A stretch of DNA of 64,000 nt from Squalus acanthias (taxonomy: Eukaryota): positions 14,818,001-14,882,000 of the forward strand of contig CM059449.1 in NCBI GenBank assembly GCA_030390025.1, written 5' to 3'. Of the stretch, positions 52,756 to 64,000 are shown piece by piece. A program made the translations under genes and the position numbers. Positions within the stretch are counted from its first letter, which is position 1, and each line of letters starts with the position of its first letter. The notes below the pieces were generated by a model that was not told the DNA's origin, did no database searches, and worked only from the letters and a program-made list of their open reading frames with translations.

Positions 52756-53100
52756 TCTTCCTGCAGTAATGGAATTAGAGAAAGAGGATGAAATAAATAG
52801 GCAAGACCAGAAAATAAGAAACTGCATTCTAACTATGGAGGTGCAAGTCATTCCTAATGTGTGCCCCTTCAATATACGTTTACCGAATATCAGGAGACCT
52901 ACTGAGTGTGAAACAGAAAAAATGAACGAGTTAGCGCAGAGCAGGCGCAGGGGAATGTGATGAGTCTGTTCTGTCTATTTTGAAATGTGATCTGCCCAGA
53001 ACCGAAATGATGTACTCGCTGGTTAATTCAAACAGCTAACATGTTGAAATCAAGCTTGCTAAAAATAAATAATTGCAGACCTACTTTACATTGATTCAGA

Positions 53101-53474
53101 GTGGGCGTAATTTTCACCTTCAACGCTTGCACCGTAAATTCTTGGGGGCGGGGATAATTTTCGCTCTGGGTGAGAGTGTGAAACGGGTGCTATCTAGTTG
53201 CCTCTCATTATACGCTCCCCTCCCATTGACTTCAATGAAAAGGCAAACCGGGTGTTGTGAATAATCGGCGGCTATTTCCATCTTGGCCATTTTACACGAT
53301 GGCCGAAAGTCTAAACAACCCCTGTGGAGCGGATTTTCCGCCCCCCATTCGAGAAACAGGCCGATTTTCATTCCCATTGCTATCAGTGGTAATGACTATC
53401 AGGCCGCTGCTGTAACGGACGCCTGATCCGCAAGGCCAGCTTTTGGCCAAGGTGTCAAGTTTAATATCTACCCT
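53101..53474. mobile_element. Degenerate nested MITEs
   Basis: gggcgtaattttc / ggggataattttc starts, cccattgacttcaatg hairpin core, atctaccc end. Confidence 0.45.
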
Positions 53475-53656
53475 ACTGACTCGGTCTGTGCGCCGGCCAT
53501 TGCAGTGGATCCCTGGGTGTGTGTGTCCATTTTTCAGAGCCTTTAGACTGCGTTTACTATGACACTTGCCCATTATAATTTCATATATATATCTCTAGTA
53601 AAGTGCTTTGTGCTGTAATGATTAAATGTTGTACTTCGCATTACGTTTTATTTTCT

Positions 53657-54230
53657 CTTGATGAGACCACACCTGGAATATTGTGTACAGTTTTGGTCTC
53701 TTTACCTAAGGAAGGATATACTTGCCATAGAGGGAGTGCAACAAAGGTTCACCAGGCTGGTTCCTGGGATGGGGAGATTGCCCTATGAGGAGAGATTGAG
53801 GAGACTAGGCCTATATTCTCTCGAGTTTAGAAGAATGAGAGGTGATCTCATTGAAACATATAAAATTCTTGCAGGACTTGACAGGGTAGATGCAGGGAGG
53901 ATGTTTCCTCAGCTGGGGAGTCTAGAACCAGGGGTCACAGTCTCAGGTTAAGTGGTCGGTATTTAGGACTGAGATGAGAAGACATTTCTTCACTGGGAGG
54001 GTGGTGAATCTTTGGAATTCTCTACCCCAGAGATCTGTGGATGTTCAGTCGTTGAGTGTATTCAAGACAGAGATCGATAGATTTTGGGACTCTGGGGGGA
54101 ATCAAGCAATATTGAGATCGGGCGGGAAAGTGGGGTTGAGGTGGAAGATCAACCATAATCTTATTGAATGGCGGAGCAGGTTCAAAGGGCCGAATGGCCG
54201 ACTCCTGCTGCTATGTCTTATGTTCTTGTA
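53657..54230 (+). mobile_element. CR1 3' end
   Basis: ORFs 53658-53951 and 53974-. Confidence 0.9.
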
Positions 54231-54817
54231 TTCATTCTTAAAAATTGACCTGGAGGAGAGTGATAGAAAGAAAAATAAAGGAGGTGAAACTGCAGTGGGG
54301 AGTCAAAGGAAAGGAATATCGGACGTGATGTATAAGGGACGGATATCTCCAGTTTTCCGCCCCCACGGCATCCTACCAATGTTACCGAGATAACACATTC
54401 ATTTTAAAAGTAGCATCCGTTGTTTTCGTGCAGGTATAAAGTACTTCAGATTTTAAATTAACCCGCCCCAGAACCGAGCGCGTTGAATTCGAACGCTGGG
54501 TTTACAACGGCCCGATTTTATGCTGTGGGTAAACTTGCAGAATCACGTATTTTCAACTTACTCTAATGCCAGAAGTTTACATACATAAACATATTCTGTG
54601 AAGCCGTTGTATATTTCATTGTTCGGCGCTCGCGTCCAAATACACGGGTGACAATGGTTGAAGGACCTCTTCGTAGTTCAATGGCATCTCTGAACAACAG
54701 ATGTAATCACTCTTGAGGTTGACTGCCGAGTGCTGAGAGAATGCCGTTGTTCAGATGAGACTTAGAAGCTATTATGATAAAACTGCGGGGATGGTATTCC
54801 TGCAAGAGTGAAATAAT

Positions 54818-55205
54818 AGGGTACAGTGGTTATATACTGGATTTACTAATCCGAGCGGCATGGACTAATGATCCGCAGACATGAAGTTCAAATCCCATCA
54901 CGGCAGCTGGGGAATTTAAATTCAGTTAATTGAATAAATCTGGAATCAAAAGCTAGTATCAGTAATGGTGACCATGTAACTACCGGATGGTCATAAAAAC
55001 CCATCTGGCTCACGGATGTCCTTTAGGGAAGGAAATCTGCCGTCCTTACCCGGTCTGGCCTATATGTGACTCCAGACCCACAGCAATGTAACTGCCCTCT
55101 GCGGTTCAAGTAGGCAGCTCACCACCACCTTCTCAAGGGCAATTAGGGATGGGCAATAAATGCCGGCCTTGCCAGCGACGTCCACATCCCATGGGCGAAT
55201 AAAAA
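54818..55205 (+). mobile_element. tRNA-derived SINE (family of 2833-4900)
   Basis: agttcaaatcc B box, shared body and caagggcaattagggatgggcaataaatg 3' end. Confidence 0.8.
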
Positions 55206-55432
55206 ATAAATCAAATGGCCATCCGGACTTTTAAACAGACCCAAGTCTCAATGGGGCACTTTTCACCTTGCACACCGAAAGCAGAACTATAGGTTATCAG
55301 AAATTAAATTAGAAATGAAACAACGGGTTGTCATTCAATGTGACTTGATAGCGGAAGGTAGTGTCTGTCATAAAAATCCAATTACTGGTTATAAGCAATT
55401 ATGGAATATCCTTGGAGACTTGCAGTGGGGAA

Positions 55433-55433
55433 T

Positions 55434-55467
<34 letters not shown>

Positions 55468-55468
55468 C
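55433..55468. repeat. (CA)n(TA)n microsatellite
   Basis: Direct reading. Confidence 0.9.
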
Positions 55469-56437
55469 TCCATATATCGTTTTATAATCTGGTTACTTGT
55501 CATTTTCTTCTCTGTGGAAATGTTACTTTTTTTTTACTGATTTTGCAATGTATACTTATTTTTATCATCACGATTTTCAGACCGTAATTGAAATGGACTT
55601 GCCATTAACGATGGGTGAGCTTCCGAGTGGAATACTGGAAGCCAGTAGCCTGGAATTATTGATAGTTGGATATTTTGGTTAAAGGATCTCAGGGCCTCCT
55701 TGAATGAGTGTGATTGGGTGGGGTCAGCCGCTTTCATCATTTGATATCTCTCTTGTGATGGAGTGAATTGTATTCACACTATGCTCGCAAGAGGTGGCTT
55801 AACTCAAAATGTTTCTTAGTTCTCGTAGTCAGTTCCCAAATGTTGAATTACTTACTAATTATTCACCTTGTAAATTACTTCAGTTAAATCGCTCAGAGGA
55901 TTGATATTCTACTTAAATAGAAGTAAGAATAGAATTATCGCCAATTAATCTTCATGGACCAAGAGCATCTAGTTTTTTTTTAAACTCTCGTGTTTATTTT
56001 TGCAGTGTGTCTCAGATATCAGATTTCCTGGAGATAAGTAGCTGGGTGCACAACCGTGAAACTTTGCACGTAGTTGCAGCTTTTATAGATTTTTTTTTCA
56101 GTTTGCAGTTGAATGCGGTTTTGCTACTGGAATATCTAAGGTTGCCAGCTAACGCTTGCAACTTTATCTTGTTTGCAAAATGACTTGTACAAAATACAGG
56201 GGAAAAAAAATCAAAATACTTTGCAGATGCTAGAAAGCTAAACGAAAAACAGAAATACTTGAATTACTGATCCGGCCAATCAGCATCGGTAGTGAAAATA
56301 GACAAGTTACCGTTTCAGTGTAGCACTTGATGAAAAGTAACATTTCAACGGAAATGGAAACCAGGCTGTGTCTATAACGGGCAACCGATCCGCCACGCCA
56401 TTTTTACGCCTGGGTGGTAAGTTGAAAATGAAAAAAG

Positions 56438-56891
56438 TAAGTCCTGCATTTATATAGCGCCTTTCACGACCACCAGACGTCCCAACGCGCTTTACAGCCA
56501 ATGAAGCACCTTTTTTGAAGTGTAGTCACTCTTGTAATGTGGGAAACACAGCAGCCAATTTGCGCACAGCAAGACCCCACTAACAGCAATGTGATAATGA
56601 CCAGATAATCTGTTTTTTGTTTTGTTGGTTGAGGGATAACTATTGGCCAGGGCACCGGGGATAACTCCTCCTGCTCTTCTTCGAAATTGTGCCATGGGAT
56701 CTTTTACGTCCACCTGAGGTTTAACGTCTCATCCAAAAGACTGCACCTCCGACAGTGCAGCACTCCCTCAGCACTGCACTGGAGTGTCGGCCTAGATTTT
56801 TGTGCTCAAGTCTCTGGAGTGGGATTTGAATCCACAAACTTTCATGACCCAGAAGGACGAGGGTGCTACCCACTGAGCCACGGCTGACACC
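56438..56891 (-). mobile_element. Full-length Deu-SINE-like element
   Basis: Reverse complement of the 16497-16952 family. Confidence 0.85.
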
Positions 56892-57635
56892 GTAATGCTG
56901 TAGTGGAAAGGGTCGCCAACATTATGCTCAAAACGCAATGTGCCAAAAATCGTTATTTTCAGGGGAAAAAAACATTTATTGTGCAAAGATTTACTTTGTG
57001 CCTCTGTAAAACATAAATAGGAAATATTCCCCATGGTGTAGTTTCAGGTTCATCGTAAATAGGCGTGAAGATTTCCTCTGCTCCATAAATTTAGAGAATA
57101 TCAAACCAGGGTTCTTTCCGAACATGGTCCAGATTTAACTAGAGATGCCCAGTACAGGAAGTCTTTCTCCACACATTTACCATGCGACTACATACAGAGG
57201 CCAGGAATATGATTCCAAACGCCCGAATTTGCCATCCAGCAAATTTCAACCCAATTTAAACAATCAAACATTAATGCAACACTGTTGTGGCACATTTACA
57301 GAGGCTGGCTAGTTCTGAGTTGCTTTGATGATGTTAGTTTGTTGGGAGAAACGTATTTATTGGAGTTGGCTTTGAACTTTATTGAGACCCGAAGTAATAT
57401 CTCGCTGTACAGATAAGTAACAATCTTTAACGGGCTATATCATTTGAAAACTTTGATTGAGTTTGCTTCTCTGTCAAGTCTCTCATCTAAGTTATCATTA
57501 CATTTTCAGTATAGACCGTTTGGTTTTCTGGTCCTGTACACATCTACGCTACTACTGTTGATTCATTATGCGAATCAGACATTAAACCTTGCAAGTTCAA
57601 AAATCAACAAATAAACAAACATAAACTTCACTCGC

Positions 57636-57773
57636 CTGTAATGGGTTGCAGACTGTTCTCTCCCCTCCAGAACCTGATGTGAGATCCAGAAGCCTGGTGG
57701 TATGAAAGTCTTCTCTGTCAGCTAGATGTGCAAAGTGTATTTGAGGAGGCTCAGTCCGGTTCATAGTGGGCAT
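57636..57773 (-). other. Candidate first (5'UTR) exon of the minus-strand gene with GC donor and a 46-codon uORF
   Basis: accATG...CAG|gcgagt. The leader exon has an acceptor and therefore needs an upstream exon, but other donors (e.g. about 54558, about 55850) are also possible. Confidence 0.25.
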
Positions 57774-58149
57774 GGTCCCACACTACGTAACTGGCATTAA
57801 TTCAGCGCTTCGCCTTACTTGAAAAGGTTAGCGAATGGTTCTTAATAAAAAGAAATAGTAAACGATTCTTGGAAATGCCCCATATTGTAATGTAAGTCTT
57901 TACTGTGGGTGCCTAAGATTCACAATGATTTCCACATTCTGTAGCATGAATTACATGCGCCGTCAATACAAATGGACTAGATTTATTCGGACTGAAATGT
58001 TGATTGGAACCAGACTAAGGGACAATGAGCGCTGCGATTATTAGCTTGGGTTGAACGCCTCTGCTTGAGATTAAACATGCGGCAATTTTCTTGAGAATCA
58101 ACTTCCAAACAGTGCAGTGGCTAACCTGAACTAAAGTTGGAAGATCGCT

Positions 58150-58700
58150 ACATAGGGACATGGGGGAACAGGAGTCGGCCATTCGGCCCCTCGAGCCTGT
58201 TCCGCCATTCAATTCGGTCATTGTTGATCGGTCCTCGACTCCATTTAACCACTTTTGACTCATATCCCTTGATTCTCTTATCTAAAATTCTGTCGAACCC
58301 AGTCTTGGGAAATTTCAATTGTCCCACCATTCACATCCTTCTGGGGAACGAGTTCCATCTTTCGACTACCCCTGGCGTGAAAAAGTGCTTCCTGATTTCA
58401 AGCCTAAATGGCTTAGCTTCAATTTTAATATTATCTCCATTGTTCTCCAACCCCCCCACCCCCAACCAGAGGAAATCGTTTCTCTGTATCTCTTAATTTA
58501 ACAGTTAAGATTAAATAAACACCCTAAAAACCTTGCCCTCTGCTGTGGTATCCTTCTCTTACTATTAATGCATCTCTGCATCTAACCTAGCTTTAAACAT
58601 CTCGGTCAAATCACCCCTCAACCTTCTAAACTCAATAGAATACACGCCAAGTGTAGGCAAACCGTCCTCATAATTTAACTCTTTAAGCCCTGGTTTCAGT
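58150..58700 (-). mobile_element. Older CR1 3' fragments
   Basis: 3'UTR ggccattcggcccctcgagcctg; GVYSIEFRRLRGDL. Confidence 0.75.
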
Positions 58701-59310
58701 ATTATAATCCTGTTACAGTCCTGAACAGTGACTATCATACGTGAACGGGGGCACCAGCACATCCGCGAAAATACTTCCTTTTGCACATAAATTAACTTTA
58801 AGGAATACTGGAAGCAGAAAAAAAACCATTGGAACCAGTTCTTAACGCTGTTTCTCTCTCTCCACAGATGCTGTCCGACCTGCTGAGTGTTTCCTCTTTT
58901 TAATTCGACCCATTAAGCCCGTTCCTTCCACGGATCAAATAAAGTCTGCCCGAGACTGGTCTGTATCGCGAGCACTTAATCGTAAGTTTACACTCATGTA
59001 GTTTACCAGGTAAAACACCATAGAAACCTTGTTTTCGGCTGTGGGATCCTTCTCTCACTTTTAATGTGAACCTGTTCATTCTTGGAATATTAAAATCATT
59101 ATTTCTGCTTATGTTTTGCCCGCAACTGTGGAAGTGTCGAGGGTTTATCTATGGGACCAATGGCACGCTATTTTCTGAACACAGCGGACAGTTGAAGGTA
59201 CAAGTGGGCTAATGTTATTAAGCTGTGGTGTGATGTTCAATGTGTTTTGCTTTTCCATTTGCCATCGTGTGCCACGTGAAAGAGAAGAGCGAGTAATCTG
59301 GTGCGAGCGT

Positions 59311-59450
59311 ATCAAGGGATCAAGGGATATGGGGAGAAAGCAGGGACAGGGTACTGAGTTTGGATGATCAGCCATGATCTCATCGAATGGCGGAGCAGGC
59401 TCGAGGGGCCGAATGGCCTACTCCTGCTCCTATCTTCTATGCTTCTATGA
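59311..59450 (+). mobile_element. CR1 3'UTR fragment
   Basis: gatcaagggatatgggg...ggcggagcaggctcgaggggccgaatggcc. Confidence 0.8.
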
Positions 59451-60202
59451 GCGTATTAAGTGTCAGTACCATAAAAATAGCGTCGCCAACCGAATCTCTC
59501 GGCTAACATTTGAAGCACTTACGGAGAGATTTCTAGGTTTGCTCGGACGTGCTGTGTGTGAGAGACATTTAAGGAAAGCAAGCGGGTTTCACCTTAACTA
59601 CATTTACATTCCGCAGCTGCCGTGCCGTTCAACTCATTGAACTCCGGATCATTAGTCCAGGCCGAGCTGGATGACTGGTCCAGTAACATAACCACGATGC
59701 GACCGTCCCCGTAACGTTAAGCTGTCTTTCTCTTTAAATGTTTACTGGTCCACTGGGCAATTGCCAGCACCTTTTTTTTTCTATTTCTTGTTCCAGATTT
59801 CCAGCATTAGCGAGTTTTCTTTATCCTTGGGAAATATGAAACGGGCGCGATTGCATTTCCCGTCCCATAATCTGGATGCTCACTGATATACGCACGGTAA
59901 TCCACAAAGCTCCGCCAGGACTGCCATCTCGCCGGTGTTTATAGCGGGATGGGTGTCTGCACTTGAGCTTCTTTAAGCCTATGGTTCAGAATCTGGCGAC
60001 GACGGAGATAGGAAAAATTCAAATCCGCAGAAACACCGACCATGTCTGAAGGTTCGCTGTGCCTGGAGTTCGCGTGATACTTTCCATTCCGTCACATCCT
60101 GTCGGTTTCAGCATTATAAAAGGATTGAATTGCAATCTTCTCCCATTCGTGGCCCGTGAATTATTTCATAAATAGTTTCATCGTCTTTACAACGCAGAAA
60201 GA

Positions 60203-60245
60203 ATGATTTCCAGTCTCATAATCTGGATCCTGACTCTTCCCTTTG
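60203..60245 (+). CDS. Leader exon of a second, divergently oriented NCR3-like paralogue; exon 60198-60245, rest of gene outside the window
   Basis: Acceptor tcgtctttacaacgcag, then AAAGA-ATG, MISSLIIWILTLPF + 1 nt, donor G|gtaagt. Same 48-nt exon, 43-nt coding length, phase and xWILxxP pattern as 52713-52760. Confidence 0.75.
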
Positions 60246-60849
60246 GTAAGTAGTTTTCAAATTGATTCACTTGTTCTAAAGCGGAACGCATGGCAACCCG
60301 CGAACTTTATTATGATTATACATGCTAGCGCCTTGGGATAGCAAAGGTCATTTTACCCCAGTAATTCATTACAGGGTGTAATTTTACCCCTTCAGTTTAG
60401 TCCTTTCCTTCCATTAAGTGTGGATCCGGTACATTGTCCAAGTGCCCATCATTTCCCTGACGAGCACAGACGAGTGAGTGACGAGATGTAGGCTTCATAG
60501 CCCAGCTTCATTGGTCTTCACGAGAGCTCCACACACTCTCACATCCGAGCAGAAGTCATTTAAACGAGCGGGGGTGGCGATTCTCCCTACTTTATCCCAC
60601 TGTTTCCGAGGTCAAATGTCCGTCTCTGGCAACAACCCAGATGAGAAGATCCAACTCAGCAAAGTTGGGGAGTTGATGTTGGGATCTTGTGATCTGTATG
60701 GTGCAGTGATGGGCTGCCATTACCAATTGATTCACGTTCCTGCGTTATCTACTTTGAATGCTGAATGAAATCACAGAATGATACAGCATAGAAGGAGGCC
60801 ATTCGGCCCATCGTGTCTGTGCCGGCTCTTTAACAGAGCTATCCAACTA

Positions 60850-61171
60850 GGGCAACACGGTGGCATAGTGGTTAGCACTGTTGCCTCACAGCGCCAGGGA
60901 CCCGGGTTCGAATCCGGCCCCGGGTGACTGTCTGTGTGGAGTTTGCACATTCTCCTCGTGCCTGCGTGGGTTTCTTCCGGGTGCTCCGGTTTCCTCCAAC
61001 AGTCCAAAGATATGCCGGTTAGGTTGATTTGGCTGTGATAAATTGACCCTTAGTGTTAGGGGGGATTAAATACATGGGGTTACGGGGATAGGGTGGGATA
61101 TGTGTCGGTGCAGGCTCGATGGGCCGAAATGGCCTCTATCTGCACTGTGGGGATTCTGTGATTCTGTGATA
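60850..61171 (+). mobile_element. HE1/V-SINE-like tRNA-derived SINE inserted in a minus-strand CR1 3' fragment (60771-61272)
   Basis: tggcatagtgg A box, ggttcgaatcc B box, V-core gtggagtttgcacattctc, CR1-like 3' end with (gattctgt)n tail. Confidence 0.88.
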
Positions 61172-61565
61172 GCCCCACTCCTCGGCTCTTTGCTTATAGC
61201 CCTGCAATTGTTTCTTTCCACGTATTTGTTCAATTTCCTTTTGAAAGTTACTATTGAATCTGCTTTCACCACCAATTATTTATCCAATGGGCGTACTAAC
61301 TCAAATTCAGTGCTATAGTAGCTCAATACTCAACTAACTCTTCTAAAATGTCAGTGGCCCTTAACCCAAAATAATGTTTTTGTTCCCTTTTCATTTCTTC
61401 AAGCAAAGCATGCACAACAAAAAAAAAACAATCACTCATGCCATTATCCCCTGCCAGTTAACAGAAAAAATTAGGGAACACCCACACCCATGATTGTGCG
61501 GTGCCCGCTTAATAAAGGTAATAAAATTGGAGCAGATTGTGTTTGAACCCAGTGAGAAAGATAGT

Positions 61566-61751
61566 GGGGGTAATTCTAATTTTTGGCGATAAGATAAAAC
61601 AGGCCATATCGGATGGACCGCCAGTTATACATCCCGCCGGATTTTCCGAAGTATTGACGCAAATGGAAAGGAAAATGTGAGAGGTGTATAACGGGCGTCA
61701 GATCCGATATTGCCTGTTTTATCCTATTGCAAAAAGTTAAAATTACCCCCA
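61566..61751. mobile_element. Palindromic MITE
   Basis: tgggggtaattctaattttt...aaaaagttaaaattaccccca with internal gataaaacaggc/gcctgttttatc arms. Confidence 0.8.
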
Positions 61752-61849
61752 GTATAGATAAAGTCAAGAGGAAACTGTATCATCGTTTTGCAACAAAAAA
61801 ACCCAAGCAAATGGGTGAGAGCGAGTTGTAAGCAAAACATTTCTTTAAC

Positions 61850-64000
61850 GATGGGAGTGAACATCGGGGTATAGATGTTTCAGTAAGAGTAGGGAAGTTG
61901 GTAAGAAAGGTGGAGGAGTAGCATTGTTAATCAAGGATAGTTTAACAGCGGCAGAAAGGCAGTTCGAGGGGGATCTGCCGTCTGAGGTAATATGGGCTGA
62001 AGTTAGAAATAGGAAAGGAGCGGTCACGTTGTTAGGAGTTTTCTACAGGCCCCCAAATAGTAATAAAGATGTGGAGGAAGAAATTGCAAAGCAGATTATG
62101 AATAGGTGTGGAGGTCACAGAGTAGTTGCCATGGGTGACTTCAACTTTCCAAATATTGATTGGAACCTTTATAGGTCAAACAGTTCGGATGGGATAGTTT
62201 TTGCACAGTGTGTGCAGGAGGGTTTCCTGACACAATATGTGGATAGGCCGACAAGAGGTGGGGCCACGTTGGATTTGGTACTGGGTAATGAACCGGGCCA
62301 AGTGTTTGATTTGTATGTGGGAGAGCACTTTGGAGATAGTGACCACAATTCGGTAACTTTCACTATTGCAATGGAGAGGGATAGGGCCATACGGCAGGGC
62401 AGGGTTTATAATTGGGGGAGGGGTAATTATGATGCGATTAGGCAAGAATTAGGGAGTATAAGATGGGAACAGAAACTATCAGGGAAAGGCACAAACGAAA
62501 AGTGGAGCTTTTTCATGGAGCAATTACTGCGTGTCCTTGATAGGTATGTCCCTGTCAGGCAGGGAGGAAATGGCCGAGTGAGAGAACCATGGTTCACAAA
62601 AGAGGTTGAATGTCTAGTCAAGAGGAAAAAGGAAGCGTATGTAAGGATGAGAAAACAAGGTTCAGTTGGGTCGATTGAGGGGTACAAGGTAGCAAGGAAT
62701 GAGCTAAAAAAAGAGCTTAGGAGAGCTAGGAGGGGGCATGAGAAGTCCTTGGCGGGTCGAATCAAGAAAAACCCCAAGGCTTTTTACTCTTATGTGAGAA
62801 ATAAAAGAATGACCAGGGTGAGGGTAGGGCCGGTCAAGGACAGTAGTGGGAACTTGTGCATGGAGTCAGAGGAGATAGGAGAGGTGATGAATGAATACTT
62901 TTCGTCAGTGTTCACCGAGGAGAGGGGCCATGTTCTTGAGGATGAGAGTGTGATAAAGGTGGATAGGCTGGATGTGGTAGATGTTCTGAGGGAAGATGTT
63001 TTAGCAATTTTGAAGAACCTGAGGGTCGATAAGTCCCCTGGGCCAGATGGGATATATCCTAGGATTCTTTGGGAGGCAAGGGAGGAGATTGCAGAGCCTC
63101 TGGCTTTGATCTTTGGGTCCTCACTCTCCACGGGGATGGTGCCAGAGGACTGGAGAGTGGCGAATGTTGTTCCTCTCTTCAAGAAAGGAAATAGGAATGA
63201 CCCTGGTAATTATAGGCCGGTTAGTCTTACTTCGGTGGTTGGTAAGATAATGGAAAAGGTCCTGAGGGATAGGATTTATGACCATTTGGAAAGGGGCAAC
63301 TTAATCAGGGATAGTCAACACGGATTCGTGAAGGGTAAGTCTTGCCTAACAAATTTGATTGAATTCTTTGAGGAGGTAACTAAGTGTGTAGATGAAGGTA
63401 GAGCAGTTGATGTCGTATACATGGATTTTAGTAAGGCGTTTGATAAGGTTCCCCATGGTCGTCTCATGAAGAAAGTAAGGAGTTGTGGGATAGAGGGAAA
63501 TTTGGCCGATTGGATAAGTAACTGGCTATCTCATAGAAGGCAGAGGGTGGTGGTGGATGGAACATTTTCGGACTGGAGACCAGTTACCAGCGGTGTGCCA
63601 CAGGGGTCGGTGCTGGGTCCTCTGCTGTTTGTGATTTTTATCAATGACTTGGAGGAGGGGACTGAAGGGTGGATCAGTAAATTTGCTGATGACACCAAGA
63701 TTGGTGGAGTAGTGGATGAGGTGGAGGGCAGTTGTAGGCTGCAAAGAGACATTGATAGGATGCAGAGCTGGGCCGAAAAATGGCAGATGGAATTTAACCC
63801 TGATAAGTGCGAGGTGATTCATTTTGGTAGGGCAAATGTGAATAAGGATTACAGGGTCAACGGCAGGGTTCTGAGGAACGTGGAGGAGCAGAGGGATCTG
63901 GGGGTTCATATCCACAGATCTCTGAAGGTTGCCACTCAAGTGGATAGAGCAGTAAAGAAGGCCTATGGTGTGTTGGCGTTTATTAACAGAGGGTTTGAGT
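61850..64000 (+). mobile_element. Young CR1 LINE, ORF2 (APE plus RT) apparently uninterrupted to the window end
   Basis: GGGVALLIK, GVFYRPP, GDFNFP, SDHN, YRPVSLTS and FADDTK; TAT at 61870 and TTT of FADD at 63682 are in the same frame, and the ORF track lists no terminated plus-strand ORF here. Confidence 0.93.

Noticed and set aside
57636-57668. Similarity of the uORF end (GGERTVCNPLQ) to the repeat peptide (EGERTVSDPLH)
   Set aside because: Only about 21 of 29 nt match, on the opposite strand and isolated; compatible with chance or one decayed SINE head.
60850-60925. tRNA genes at A/B-box sites
   Set aside because: Each continues into a SINE body and tail rather than closing an acceptor stem; these are SINE heads.

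Overview
This is vertebrate genomic DNA, most likely from a cartilaginous fish. That assignment is inferred from the repeat content: shark-type CR1 LINEs, tRNA-derived HE1/V-SINE-like and Deu-SINE-like elements, Penelope-like ends and short palindromic MITEs. Almost all ORFs in the supplied track are CR1 reverse-transcriptase debris or by-products of a 19.2-kb, 45-bp minisatellite (31163-50345). Manual splice reconstruction reveals an NK-receptor locus that the ORF track misses. (1) A minus-strand NCR3/NKp30-like gene has a leader exon (52713-52760), a single-exon VJ-type Ig domain (50582-50925, one base short of frame), a transmembrane exon with an intramembrane Arg (27502-27606) and a candidate short-tail exon (26668-26690). 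The whole minisatellite lies in its V-TM intron. (2) A paralogous leader exon of identical architecture lies on the plus strand (60198-60245), indicating a head-to-head second gene that continues beyond the window. (3) Two duplicated minus-strand terminal exons (714-770 and 9369-9425) encode an ITIM (VQYCTL), with a fossil second ITIM just past the stop. The picture is a birth-and-death cluster of activating- and inhibitory-type NKp30-like receptors. The minisatellite unit appears to be an amplified A-box half of a tRNA-derived SINE head. All exon connections are predictions without transcript evidence, and TE boundaries are approximate.
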